64,000 nt of DNA from Amoebidium appalachense (GCA_963693365.1 CAVNZM010000011.1:7273921-7337920), one strand, 5' to 3'. Counted from the first letter of the stretch, positions 1 through 39,361 are shown. A program made the numbers and translations. Notes: generated from the sequence alone by a model not told the origin.

Positions 1-591
1 CAAATAAAAGTGTGTATACGGCCACCTTTCGATGAGGTGCAAGTGCCAATTCTAATTCTTACTTTTGTGTGCTTTTTCCCCCAAGAGTCTCCGAGGGGTA
101 GCAAGCTGACACCAAACACACGGCTTCTTCGTACTCCTTACCTGCCTTCCCTCCCCCTCCCTTTTCCCCTCCTCGGGCCCGCCCCCCCAGCCCTTCTTCC
201 CCTTTTGTCGGATCTAACTTGGCAAAGTCACCGTCATCAATCCCATTTACAAACACCCCTCATTTCGAATCCTTTTCTCAGCTGACGCTTCACTCAACCC
301 GCCCATTGAGTCTCAAAGTTTTTCTGACCACCACTGTCTCCCCATTGTGAACAATACATAACATTGAGTACCGTAGCCAGGATGCCGGCATTTTTGTGCT
401 AGGCGCAAAGACCTTCAAAGCAACACGTGAGTATGTAAATGTAGGTCCTCGAAGATCCAGAATCTTCTGTGATCGAACTTTTACACACGAGATCATATTT
501 ACATGCCTATTATTTTGAACATTAAACCGAACCTCAATACATTTTCAGGACAGAGTCGTGCGGCTCCCTCCGTGGGCCCATCTTTTCCATC

Positions 592-1199
592 ATGGTTCCT
601 CTCCTGGTTCTTTTGTTCCTTTCCTTCTGCCACGGCACACCCATCCACCTCAAACTATCATCATCCTCGGGTGAAACCGGCAAGCGTCTAATCCTTCAAC
701 GCCACGCCCAAGCAGTCTCCCCGACGGAATCCATGCAATTACCAGACCACGAAAGGCCACTTACCAGCAAGGGAGAGAGCGATAGCAACAGTGTCGGAAA
801 GGACATGAAAGAGCTGGATTGGATACCTGAACATGCTCTGGTTAGTGACTCTGTGAGGACTGTCCAGACGTGGAAAATCATAAAGCAGGTGATGTTTCCA
901 GAAAAGGATGATGGGGAGGGGGATGCTGCGGCGGCGGAGATCTTGCCGGCGTTGTACAATGTCACAGACTGTGCGGTTGTGGATGCGTTGCTTGAAAAGG
1001 TACGGGAACGGAACCATTTGATGCTTCTCGCTTGGCTTGTGCAGGACATGTCTGTAAATTCCGTGATTCCCTCCACCCTCTTCGCTTTGCCCATCCTCAT
1101 AAATAAGTGCGCACAGAGCGTAGACTACCCTCTCCTCCCCCCCCCCCCCCCCCCTTCCCCGGAGCCTCTGCCGTACAGACTACCCTCTCTCTCTCTATT

Positions 1200-1263
<64 letters not shown>

Positions 1264-1442
1264 CATATATATCGCCCCCCCACCCTCCCCCTCTTCTTCC
1301 CCTCTTCTTCTTTGCACCGGCACTTTTGTTTCTCTGGTACATGTTTTTGACCAGTGTTGCTTGTCTGTGTTTTGGTTCATGTTGAGGTTCTCCTCTCTCC
1401 CCCTCCCCCCCTTTGTTTCCCCCTGCTTCTTCTTCTTCCTTT

Positions 1443-1477
<35 letters not shown>

Positions 1478-1704
1478 TGTGTGTGTGTTGTTATGTTATA
1501 ATATTGTCCAGTTTCCCTCCTGCCAGGTACTGCCTCTTTTTCCGCCAATCGAAACGTTACGTTCTTCGCTTTTTTCATCTTGGTGTCTGTGCTGTCTTTA
1601 TTATGAACGTCCGTGGAACCTTCACCTCCTTCCCCCTCCCCCGCTGCCCACACCTTCTCGATCCGTCCCTCTCCCTCTCTCCCTCCCCCACCCCCCTGTC
1701 TCTC

Positions 1705-1738
<34 letters not shown>

Positions 1739-1898
1739 CCCCCCCCCCCCCCCCCCCCCCCCCCCAAGACACACGCACAGAAGAGAGAGTCCCCTCCAGA
1801 AGAGTGAGGCGGGGGAGGGGGGAGGGGGAGGGGGGAGGGGGGGAGAGAGAAAGGTGTGGGGAGCATCCCTCTCTCTCTCTTTTGCTCTCCTCTCACCT

Positions 1899-1941
<43 letters not shown>

Positions 1942-2618
1942 ACCACACATAAACACACACAACAAGAGTGGGAGGGGAGGGGGGGGGGGGGGTTCAGTAG
2001 TCATTTAGGGGTTTTTTTTTGTTTGTTTGTTTTTTGTTTTTTTTGTTTTTTTTTTTTTGGGGGGGGGGATAGCAATGCCGTTCAGCACACACACATACAC
2101 ACGAAAGTTGTTGGGGGGGGGGGGGGGGGGGGGTTATATGGGTGTTCAGTTTGTGTGGGTGCGGGGTGGGATCTGGGGGGGGCCGGGGGGGGGGGGAGGT
2201 GAGGGGAGGTGGGGATAACACAATTCCGTTTAGCACATTCTAGCCCCCACCTTTCCCCGTGTAGTCAAGTGCACACTACCTTGCATTCCACACACACACT
2301 CACACCCACACTCACACTCACGCAAAAGCAAGTACACACACACTCACACCCACACTCACACTCACACAAAAGCAAGTACACACACACTCACACCCACACT
2401 CACACTCACACAAAAGCAAGTACACACACGCTCACACCCACACTCACACTCACACAAAAGCAAGTACACACACACTCACACCCACACTCACACTCACACA
2501 AAAGCAAGTACACACACACGCTCCATACATGCTACGTGCCTACCATTAACTTCTATGCAAGCACACGTGAAGCATACTCAAGGATTCACACTCAAAAGAT
2601 ACGTCGTTCTCTTTAGGA

Positions 2619-2662
<44 letters not shown>

Positions 2663-3175
2663 TGCTACATGCCTATCATTAACTTCTATACAAGCACACG
2701 TGAATCGTACTCAAGGACACACGCTTAAAAAGATGTCGTTCTCTTTAGGACACACACGGACACACATGCACAAACCAATGTCCACGAGCACATACAATCA
2801 CCCACTTGCTCACGCACTCACACCCACTTATTCCTTACTCCTACTTGTACACGCAAACCCCACCATGCTCTTACATACACGAGAACACACTTACACACTT
2901 ACTCACTCACTGCCCCTGCTCACTCACACACACACACACACACACGAACACACACACGTACACACGTACACATACACACATCTCTACAGGTATCATGGGA
3001 CGTAGCCACACTCATCGTGGTGGGCCACAACCCCATCCTGAGTACTCTGGTTCAGCGCTACACAAATCACACCGTGGACTTACCAACGGCGGGGGCTGTG
3101 CTGATATCGTGTCCCACGGACGGTTGGGTGAAGCTGGTGGGTGCATGCTCCTTGCTTCGGGTTTTGCAGCCATAG
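592..3175 (+). CDS. SixA-like histidine phosphatase superfamily protein with N-terminal signal peptide (2 exons, ~197 aa)
   Basis: Exon 1 is 592-999 (AAG|gtacgg, phase 0) and exon 2 is 2990-3175 (ctacag|GTA, ends TAG). Joined translation has LILQRHA (catalytic RH motif), DHERPLTSKG, LVSDSVRTVQTW and LIVVGHNP, the SixA-type motif set. The N-terminus MVPLLVLLFLSFCHG is hydrophobic. Confidence 0.88.
2290..2520. repeat. ~44-bp minisatellite (about 5 copies) in the phosphatase intron
   Basis: Repeated unit cacacactcacacccacactcacactcacacaaaagcaagta. Confidence 0.85.
2528..2756. repeat. ~95-bp diverged direct duplication separated by (CA)n
   Basis: catgctac.tgccta.cattaacttctat.caagcacacgtgaa...tcgttctctttaggacacac occurs at ~2528-2620 and ~2661-2756. 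Confidence 0.85.
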
Positions 3176-4296
3176 ACCTGGTGAGGCTATGGTAGCTTTT
3201 TTTTGAGTTTGATATGATTGCTATAAATGTTATAACACAGTAACATGTGTAATTTGTTTTTCTTTCCCTTTCCCTTCCCCCCCCCCCCCCCCCCCCCCCC
3301 CCCTTTTATTTTTTTATTTTTTTATGAGTACTAGGACGCAGTAGCAAATGTTTGCATTTGCTTGTTTTCTTTAGTATTATTTTGATGTTAGATTTTTATT
3401 TTTATTTATTGTTTTTTGGGGGTTTGTTTTACAAGAATATTCATACACTCACTTAGTGTATATATAATTAGAAGTTTTCCTTCGTCAAAATATATTTGGC
3501 ACGTAGGTCCGTGTGTCACATTTATTATTTGGGGCTATGGTGTTAAAACTGAACTTCTCGTATTGCCGCAGTGTTTGTACCAGTTTTCCCACCACCGTTG
3601 TCTTGATATAGCACAGAGATGGTAACCCGTAGAATCTGTGGGGTGTCTATTAGCGTAATCGTCTGTGTTTAATCAAATACCGTGGTAAACGGAACGAATC
3701 TGATTATTGTTTGGTTTATATACGCGCAGACCGCGTGCAAGTGTGCCTCGGTAACTATTTGGATCAAGTGATTTGTATCTTTTTAATTTTATTGTATTGG
3801 GCCATTTTTGGATTAAAAACTAATTAGAAGCATATAAGCATTAGTATTTTAATCTCTGTGTGGCCTGAAACAAGCCTGCCGGAAACCTCTGTATTGATTT
3901 GCCGGTTGTCGTGCAACCTTTCTTTCCGGACCAAGTGTATGGGTAACCTGTGTATCATCTGGCAATAAGGACAAACACGCCGCCTTCACCTGATATTCAA
4001 ATATATATGCACGTTTTCGTTTATGCTTTCGTGCAGGAAAGCATGGGTACTAAGTCGTTTGTAAGCCTAGATTGATCATTGTATGCACGTGAATTTGCCT
4101 GCTCTCTCCCTCCCCCCCCTCCCCTTCCCCCCCCCCCCCCCCCCCCCGCCGCCCACACACACACATACACACAACCTCCCTCCTTCCCTTAACATCCCTC
4201 CCTGCCTTCCGGATCCCGGCGGCTCTTTAGGAACGGTTTTTCCTCACCTCACGTTCCAAACACTGTAACTTAATGGCTTCTTTAATCAAACTGAAA

Positions 4297-4348
<52 letters not shown>

Positions 4349-4368
4349 CACCTGGAAACCCTTAAAAT

Positions 4369-4420
<52 letters not shown>

Positions 4421-4975
4421 AATGCACAGTCCGACACACACGTGCACGATTGCGCGCACATACACAAGTACGTAGGCTACATATGTACACACACCAATCC
4501 ACACCGGCCAGTTGCCGTCACTCACGAGCATCCATAGCCAGAAACGTTTACAGATACGCAGGCAATAATAGTATCGCACATGCATGCATGCGCACTGTGC
4601 CACCTGCAGGCACAGCCGTGGCAGAGCCTCTGTATCACTCACGTGTAGCAGCATCACAAATATCGGTGTTTATTGCGTTGTGTATGTTTGGGTGGTCGTG
4701 TCAGGGTTCGTAATCTCTTCTGCATCAACACATCACAGGTTCAGACTGGTTACAATATTACGGTTTGCAAAGGAATCGGGTGCACTCCGACTCTTGCACG
4801 TGCGTTGTATAGTGTACGGAACACTAGCGGTTAGGTGAATGCTCAGAGGTATTAATTTGCATCATAGCTAATGTACACTCATATCATACTGACATGATAT
4901 ACCCATGCACGTGGGGTGCACGTTGTGTTTTCGGATTGCCCGGGGGGAGGGGGAGAGCTAGGGGAGGGGGTGGGT

Positions 4976-5030
<55 letters not shown>

Positions 5031-5599
5031 CGCATTAAAGCTATGGTCCCCAGAGACAATGGCAACTCTCCAAATAAAAAAATAAAAAAAAACTCTTTCC
5101 CCACCACCTGTGGCCTCCTCCCCCTCTCTCTCTCTCGCTCCCCCCCCCCCCCCCCCCCCCCCCCCCTTCCGCCGAGGTGTCATACATGAGCATGTTTCCC
5201 TCTTCACAATACTTAATGTCGTTTCTATTACCTATCTCTTCCCCTCCGTGTTCCGAAGTTATTCGTGGATCCCTCCCCTCCGTCCATCTGTTATGTGCAT
5301 GTGTGCCCGGCAAAAGGCTCCTTGGAAACTACCATATTCCCTGCTAACACCCAACACCCACCCAGCCTATATCTATCCAAACAAGCAAACTAACTCACTG
5401 AGCACATTCACAGGCCTGTTCAACAACAGCGGCGACTTGACAACAAGCTAACACACAAATACACACACCGTGGCACATTCACAGATGTACACAGACACAT
5501 GTACACAAAGACACGCGCACACACACACACACGGTACAGGCACTAACAAGCGTGCGCATGGGCGCACACACACACACACACACCAACCCCCCCCCCCCC

Positions 5600-5642
<43 letters not shown>

Positions 5643-5651
5643 ATACACTGA

Positions 5652-5799
<148 letters not shown>

Positions 5800-6005
5800 G
5801 CTGCGAGTCCCTCCCCCCCCCCCCCCCCCCGCCGACACACACCCATTACCCCTCCCACACGCACACACACACACCAACCCCCCCCCCCCCCCCCCCCCTC
5901 TCCAACCCCTTTTACACAAACCCCTTCCTCGCTCCCCCCGGTCAACCCCCCTCACCCCCCCCCTCCCCCCCCCCCCCCCCCCCCCCCCCCCACACACACA
6001 CACAG

Positions 6006-6246
6006 TGGCGTGTACTCGTACGGCATCACACTGTGGGAGATCTACAGTGACGGTGCCATCCCATTGGCCCATCTCAACCACACAGACCTAATGCTCTTGG
6101 CTGCCGGCCTCTGCACCTCTCGCCCTCATTGCCCAATCGGATGCCCCGATTCCATGTGCCGCCTAATGAATATGTGCTGGGAACCCGACCCGACTGATAG
6201 GCCTAAGTTCAAGTTCATATTAGGGTACGTACGAGAGCGTCTTTAA
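6006..6246 (+). pseudogene. Isolated terminal exon of a protein tyrosine kinase domain (subdomains IX-XI); no upstream kinase exons found
   Basis: After cacacag| (6005) it reads GVYSYGITLWEIYSDGAIP...CPIGCPDSMCRLMNMCWEPDPTDRPKF*, the TK-type [SD]VWSYGxxLWE...CW...RPxF pattern. The conserved Asp of subdomain IX appears as Gly. No HRD, DFG or GxGxxG exon is seen between 3175 and 6005. Confidence 0.7.
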
Positions 6247-6926
6247 CGGCGGTGATGGGCAGACCGTGAGATACGAGAACTTGCTATTGGCGGCTCAAAA
6301 ATCTCTTCTAAAGGCACCGGTTGAACAGGATATGGGAAACTAGGGGGATATCCCGTGAGATCTTCCATATATGGCAATGTGGGTATGTGCACGTGGTATA
6401 TTGTGAAATCAATGTTGGTCGAACTATTGAGGTAGGTTTACGTCTTTAAATAGCTTTCCAGGATACTTCTGGTTACTGTATTGTCAACCAAACAACTTCC
6501 AAGAAAGGAAATAATTATCACTTATAGCCTAGCAAAGAAAAGAATATCATACTCTGACCTCACCATGACCTAGCAATATCAAAATGTACGTCCTCAGCAC
6601 CTTAAAACCTTACAAATAAATCTTCTCAGTTATGCATTTTTTCCTTCATGATCATATTTGCTCCATTTCTCGTACTTTGCAACTATTCTTTCGTATTCGA
6701 CATCCCGGCAAACTGGACCAACATAAGGTCATTTGTCATGTTTTTCTTTGCCAAGTTTGTATCTCTATGTGCCCGTTTGAAGTCACCTTATTTCATGATT
6801 CTCTCTTCTTCGTATACATAGGTTGGGCTGTTCGGGTCATTGAGTTTTTCATGTGCACGTTCGTCCTTTGGGGGCAAAGCCCCATGACATGTATAGCAGA
6901 ACTACTGGTGGGGTGTGCCTTACGTA

Positions 6927-6989
<63 letters not shown>

Positions 6990-7796
6990 ACACCCGCACA
7001 CCCGCACGTGTCGCGCGCACGTGTATGACGCCGTTCACGTGCGTGCGAGCCCACGCGCACCATGCTGTCAATGCTTAGAGGTGTGTGTCCATATCGTCAG
7101 ATTTGCAAAGATTAGCGATACATACGATTGAAGTTGTTCGCCAAACGATTACTATGGATACGAGGATCCCAAAAGCTTGGTTATAAACAGATTTCGGCGA
7201 ACCAATTGCTACTCAAAGGCCACACCACTGATGTGCCTTCCTTCTTTTCCCTCTCTCTTTTTTTTTGTGTGTGTGTGTGTGGACCTGGGTGCCACTGGGT
7301 GGATGATGAGTGGGTGGCTGGGGGTTTTTTTGGCGGGGTTGCATATTGTATATAGCTGCACAATAGGCTGCACAAAGATCGAAAGGATATCATAGGGCTT
7401 GATCAGATTGAAAATGGGCCCCGGATTGGTTTTTAGCTGGTGGGAACACGAGGTCATGTGGGCTTTGTTGCCAGTCAGTGATTTGGACGTGAAATCCCCC
7501 CCCCCCCCCCCCTCCCCCCCCCCTCCCCTGCCACCCCAATCGCAACACACAAACACGAAAAAGTGACCTGGGAGCGCAGCTACCTCCCCCCCTGCCCCCC
7601 CCCCCCCCCCCCCCCCCCTCCCCCCCTCCCTCCCACCCCCATGTCCCCCCCCCCCCCCCCCTCCCCATATTCTCTTTTATAGTGCCCCCCCTCCTCCCCC
7701 CCCCTCTTTTTTTTCTTTTCGTTTCTTTTCTTTTCTTTTCTTTCTTTCTTTCTTTTCTTTCTTTTTATTATTTATTTTTTTTGGGGGGGGGGGGGG

Positions 7797-7833
<37 letters not shown>

Positions 7834-8969
7834 TAAAACACTCATGTACGCGCAATGCATCAGGTTGAAACCCTCCACTGGGCTATTCCAACGGTTTACA
7901 GTAATGAAATATGGGACTGAGCTTGAGGGCCCATGGCAACGTGTGTATCGTTAAATCGGGAGCAAGAGTAAGCAGAACCGAGCCTGTACCAATTAGCAGA
8001 TAATGTAGCAATGTAATGTATGTTATGTATAAAACAATATAAAAAAAGTAGGAATATCTAGTTAATCCGGCTTTGACGACAAAAAAAAACCAAAACAAGA
8101 GAGAATACTGTACCTCGAACCACTTATTTCCCACGTTTGAGTATTCCGCGGACAAACCAACAGCAGTTCATCATGGTAACTTAAACCCTTGCTTCAAAAA
8201 TCCAATTATTATTTTGGTTTACTATATTTAAAATTTTCACGGGGAGAGGTGCTGCAACCAGTGCATTCCTATTCCTCGCCCTGTGTTGTACTTTGTGTTT
8301 CTCACTCCAACTCATAAATTGGGCAAATAATGATATGCTCATGGGAGAAAGAGCATGCAATATACGGCTTACGTCCTATAACAATCAAGTTATGATGAAT
8401 AAAATGCTTTGTTGCCATACATAGAGCACGGGATGCCATACTCCTGCAACTTAACATTATAAATTTATGTCTTTGTATTCAAATTAGGTTCTTAGAGAAC
8501 GTGCCCAGCCAAACACAAGCGGACAAACAATCACAAGCAGCCTGCTGCCAAGGGATGACATTGAAAGAAGGTAACACTACATTTAATTATGGTGTTATAA
8601 ATTAATGTTTACAATTTTATGGTGCATTATAAATTAATGTTAAATTTTTAAAGTCAAAGTCACAGCGGTAGATACCACAGTGGGAGGCTGTTCAGCGAAC
8701 GCCTGTCGTCTGAAGACACCTCGACGCCTGTCGTTGGTGCCACTTTACAGCAACCCATATTCTTCTACGCGGTTTATGACCATAGGAGAAAAAAATAGTA
8801 ATATAAGGAGTGCTACAGCAACAAGTTGATGGATGTGATGGGAATTGGCATCTTGAGTTGGTGGCAGGCTGCGTGACTCGTTTCGTTGCAAGTGCTGGTG
8901 ATGTGTCCACTAACGTCCCTATTTCGTTGTTTGAATAGCACCGCCATAATGTTATTTTCACGATGATGA

Positions 8970-10224
8970 TTAGATCTGAAGCAGCCCCTCGAGCGCTTGC
9001 AGGTCAATAGACCTAAACTCGGCATGGACAAGCGGCCGGGGAACTGAACTGAGGGAATGACTCCTTTGAATGGGACCCGAGTTGAGCGTCCTCTTGCTTG
9101 TCGCCTGTATCCGCGTGAGCGCTTCGTACGTGTCAATGTACTGCTGCAGCTCCCGAAGAGTGTCGGGAAGGAATGGGGATGGCGCGCTGGCATGGCTAGT
9201 CGGAGAGGTGTCATGCGTGTCCAAGTACGGCGAGGGGGGAGAAGGGAGGAAGCATGTCATCGTTTGCATGTGGAACGGAGACAGAGCGCGACCAGGGGCG
9301 CATTGTTGGTGCGCTCAAGTTCGCTGTTGTGGCTGTTACGGCCGCTGCGGCTGCGGTACTCTCCCACAGGGACCCTGGCTTGTGTGGGCTCGCACGAACA
9401 CTGCCCCCCCTACGAGAGCGTTTCTTGTAGTTGTGCGCGTGCAGATGCGCTGGCCTAGGCTTGCGATTGAGCCGCTCGTAAAGCCCGCATGCGTTGCAAA
9501 GAAGCTCACTGTTGTCGCGTTTCCTCCAAAGACCGGTGGAGGTGGTAAAGCACACACAGCACATGAGGTCCTGGCCCGCGACATCACCTGACAAAGTTAC
9601 GGGCTCTTCAATGCTCTCCAGTGTGCGTACTGTAACAGAAGGGGTTCCGGGAGAAACGAGGGAGCTCTCAGAGCCCACGGAGGGCATCAGGTCGAAGTTA
9701 AGATTGTCCGTCGAAAAGAAAATGTTAGAGGGCTCGGGCTTGAACTCTGCCGGACTCAATGCCGGGGTGGTTGGCTGTGTGGTGGGTGTCTTGAGAAACG
9801 TTGGTCGGACATTCCTCCGAACAGGTGCCTTCCTGCGAAAATTGGTCTTCTCGGGCTCGGCCCCTCCCACAGCTTCGGCAGTAGCAAAATTGGGTGTGAA
9901 ATTAAGAAGACGATCGAGCTCCTTTGTGAGCTGATCTGTCTCGGTGGGGGGAAGTGAGAGAGTGGGGCTAAGGGGCTCGTCCGAAGGAAGGTAAGTGATG
10001 TGCGAGGGACTCAAGAGTCCATGGGCATCTGGAGTCCGGCGGCTTGCGGTGGGGGATGTGCCACCTATCGTGTGTCTGCGCCACTGATCAAACTCAAGCT
10101 GCTCTGCAAACTCGCGTCTCTCGGCGTCGGCCGCAGCCGTTCGCCTCTCATCGGTTGTGCGCCTACGCCATGAATCGCGTACAAACTCCTCTGAGAGGAG
10201 ACCATCTGCTGCCTGCCACTCCAT
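8970..10224 (-). CDS. GATA-type zinc-finger transcription factor (single C-X2-C-X17-C-X2-C finger); probable frameshift near 9234-9239
   Basis: ORF 10290-9211 has its first ATG at 10224 and contains CCVCFTTSTGLWRKRDNSELLCNACGLYERLNRKPRP plus a basic tail (KKRSRR). A protein-like ORF continues in another frame to TAA at 8970. Confidence 0.9.
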
Positions 10225-10469
10225 GCCTAAGTTTGAATTAGAAATGATGTCTGTGTGTGCGTCTACGATGGTAGGGCCAATGCTACTCAAAAAAAAAAAA
10301 ATCTTGGAGTCTTATATTCTCTTCTACTACTACTGAGTAAAAACCTGTGTTTGTCGTTTGTCACTTTAGTTCCTGATCATAACGAACACGTGTGGAAAGA
10401 AGCTCAGTTCTTGAACGAAAACCATACAACGAAACAACGACTCACACATGAAGCCAGAGTTTATATGGG

Positions 10470-10500
10470 CGGGCCAATAGTAGCTTTGGCCAATCAAAGC
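10470..10500. promoter_or_regulatory. Paired CCAAT boxes upstream of the GATA gene
   Basis: ggCCAATag (10474-10478) and ggCCAATca (10490-10494), about 250 bp upstream of the ATG. Confidence 0.4.
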
Positions 10501-12219
10501 GCGGCAATGAACCAGTCAACAGGCTATGCAGGAATGTTGGCAGAATAACCCGTTACGTCAGCTGGGAACTTTTATTGTTGACAAGAAACTGTATTTTTAC
10601 CCTTATTCCTAGAAAAATAATAATTCATACTATAGATTATATAGAACTCAAGGGAGTAATGAAATCTAACATTTTGCAAATGGACTGTCACTGTATGCGG
10701 AAATACGGTGTTATCTGCCGATCCACCAGCGCAAATTCTTTGAAAGTTTGCTTATTTTCAAAAATACTATCTCACTATCCCTGTATCCTTGAGCAGAGTC
10801 CTGCAGCTCATACTCTCTTTTAAAAGAACATATAACTGGCAAATATGCAATAATTATTTTTATCGGCTACTGTGCATGTATTTTACGTCTTTTCATTTGA
10901 AATTTGCTACAGCTACATATCGGTTTACAATCAAAGTAAACCCTAGTTATCTAACAAATCTTGTTCTCAAATAGAGAACAGTTGTATTTACACTATAAAT
11001 ATATCCTGGGCATTCCTCATTGATAAAAGTGATACGATTGGCCTATGACACCTCCCCGCTATTTGGACTAGCCGCATACCTGATTGGTTGGTTACTTGGC
11101 TATGTGGTATATCATAAGAACATTTCTTGGATCGAAGCTTTATTTTTTTGTAAATAAAACCAGAATCTGCTTGTTCTAGTTAAACGTGATCGCGCGACTG
11201 CATTTTGAGGCCTGTTTGCGGCGTTGGGCGCGGGCTTTGAATTAAGTCTCCAATACAAAGGTTTGATTGCACGATTGAGATTGTGGGCCAGGCCCCGATC
11301 AACGACCGCCGCGTGTGGCACTTAGTGGACGCTTGCAAAGTTGCACCATCATTGGCAACCCCCAGCACACTTCGGTGCCCGAGCGCATGTGCCCATTTTG
11401 TGCATATGTAGTTTCTGGAAGTTTGTACATGTTCGTGTTTGTCTGGCACAAGTTTCAGAGTAGCATCTCTGTTAGACACTAAGTAATGTGCTCGCGATGT
11501 CAAAGCTGAATGGCTCCATTTCAGTTACAATTCCGCTCCCCATGATCAAGTGCTTGCACCATTGCGACGTCCAAGTATTAAACATATTGTGTACCCATCA
11601 GCACCACTAGGAGCCGCTTCTCGTAGCACACACGCCCCTTTCCATCCATATGTAGCACAGAGAATGTTTACGTCTACGCTTTATCACTAGGTCGACGTGT
11701 GTACCCATAGGCATCCTTTATTTTCGCACACGCTCATGCAGGGCCTGCCAGCGATGTGGTACGCTGTAACTGACACACACTATACGACACCACGTGGACG
11801 ATACAGACACGCACGCGAACATGGAACAGCCGCCTGTGTGTCAAAAAGGACGCATTTTGCACACCTTAAAATACACTGGCACAGCTGCCAAGAACATTTA
11901 CAGGATCGAGTAATCAAATCGCTGCGTCGCTCATGCCAAAGTTGACATGGCTCGTGTGGTGTACGCATGTGCATGTATGCATATCATGGCCCGCGGCCAC
12001 AATTTAATGCCTGCATGCACACAGTGACACACGGAACACGCAAACACGCACACATACGCACACACGCACACACACGCACACACACGCACACACGCACACA
12101 CACACATACACACACACAGCCACATACACACACACGTACACACACGCACATGCATGCATGCAGGCACACTTTCTCTCCCCCACAAACAAACAAACAAGCA
12201 CATACGTGCACACACACAT

Positions 12220-12323
<104 letters not shown>

Positions 12324-13171
12324 ACCCACAGACAACCACGCATACAGACACAGATACACGCACATGACACAGACACACACTCTGGGCCAGGCGCGCACAC
12401 GCACAAACCCAGCTGAACACATCTCCCCGGAGTTACTTGCGCACGCGGAGAATCGGAGCCACCTGAATAATGCGTGGGCGGTATTGGGAGGGGCTCGGGG
12501 ATGGCCGGTAGGAATGGTGTGTATGCGTGTGGGTTGGTGTGTGTGCGTGTCGGGGGGTGAGGGTGGAGGGAGGGCGGGGAGGGAGGGGGAGGGGGAGAGG
12601 GGGAAAGAGTGGAGGGGAAAATAGATGAGCATACAAGTGACTCCCTATCATCAATGGCGGCCCGGATTGGGGCTACCCTTAACTTGCACATTTATGTCGA
12701 CTCCTGAGACGCCAGTGTATCTAGCTAGGGGTTGCTAACGTTTTTACTTGTTGCCATATGTACATGTAGATAAATGCCTTGCAGTGTGTAGATACTAAAT
12801 AGGTAAGAGATAGAGAGGAGAGGAGAGTGAGAGAGTGGGGGGAGGAGGGGGAGGGAGGGGAGGGGGAACAGCCCCCCCCCCCCCCCCCCCCCTCCCCCTC
12901 CCTGCTCTTCTGGTATATCCCCGGGTGTGTTTGGCTGTGTACTTGAAGATTTTTATTGTGGGGGCCAGCCCCAATTCTCTACCGCAATCACTGTACAGAG
13001 ATCTAAACACGAGTAAACTACGTACATACGTACACGCATGCACGTTGATTTGTGCTGAGGATTTTCTTTTCACATAACCAAAGGAAAACCTGGCGTGTAC
13101 ATACTAAACTTCTACAATACATATTTCAATCAATCTCTACCGCCTTCACCTCTAAAATTACAGCCTCGCAG

Positions 13172-13208
<37 letters not shown>

Positions 13209-13350
13209 ACAACTGAACAAACAAACAAAAACAAAAAAAAACCAAAATAAAAAATAAAAAAATGCATCAGGATATCATTGTAGTTATTCTGCAATAACTA
13301 TAGCAGATGGCTCACTGCGCATACAAAACAAGCCAAGCCAAACCAAGCAC

Positions 13351-13382
<32 letters not shown>

Positions 13383-13538
13383 AACAAGAGGCAGAGAAGA
13401 AAGATAAAAACTTCGGAAACAAGAAAAAAAAAAAAGGAAGAGAATTTTTCATAACTCCTTCCAAAGAAAGGAACAAAAAATGAAGAAAAGAAGATAGAAA
13501 CTTTGAAACACGACAAAAAAAGAAAGGGAGGGAATTTA

Positions 13539-21838
<8,300 letters not shown>

Positions 21839-22390
21839 TTTATTGTTTTTGCTACTATAAACTATAGAATCCTTAACTAATACCTTTTTGAATTAGATAC
21901 CGTCGATGATTACTACAACCTTTTCCCGCTGTGTACTGGACCACTTACAGGCTTGTAGTTCAAGGGTTGCATGCGCACACCTTTGAATGAAAACTGAAAG
22001 AGACAAGTTCCCGCCCAATCGATTATCCCACCCACAATACTATTGGTTAAAACTGTGTCGGTTAAACAAATACGTGACCTGTTCCCCCGCAAAGACTCTT
22101 TAATTATTAAAAGCAAGTATCGATTGGTGCTTAGCAGTCAAGGAGAAGTGCGTTTTCAACCAATCAACAGAGGTTTCTTTAGATTCACCAAAAAAAAAAA
22201 AAAAATAAGGCTTTTTGCTTGCACTTTTTGCAAAGAAAAGACCATTAGCACTCCTTTCAAGGCTTTTGTGTGATTTCTTGCATATTCACAGCACTGCCAT
22301 CGATGCAGACATAGTTGACAGTACAACTACAGTTTTAGGTTCCGAGTCCAAGTTCGTGTGTTAGAAAATTCTGGGGGAAGAGCAGCGGAA
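21839..22390. promoter_or_regulatory. Bidirectional promoter region between NDUFAF6 and the RA-domain gene
   Basis: Divergent ATGs at 21838(-) and 22391(+). The spacer is repeat-free and has CCAAT/ATTGG at 22015, 22042, 22123 and 22160. Confidence 0.6.

Positions 22391-39361
<16,971 letters not shown>

Noticed and set aside
10-496. Short ORFs at the window start
   Set aside because: No recognisable motif, and the minus-strand ORFs cannot be chained without stops. They could belong to a gene extending off-window but this is unsupported.
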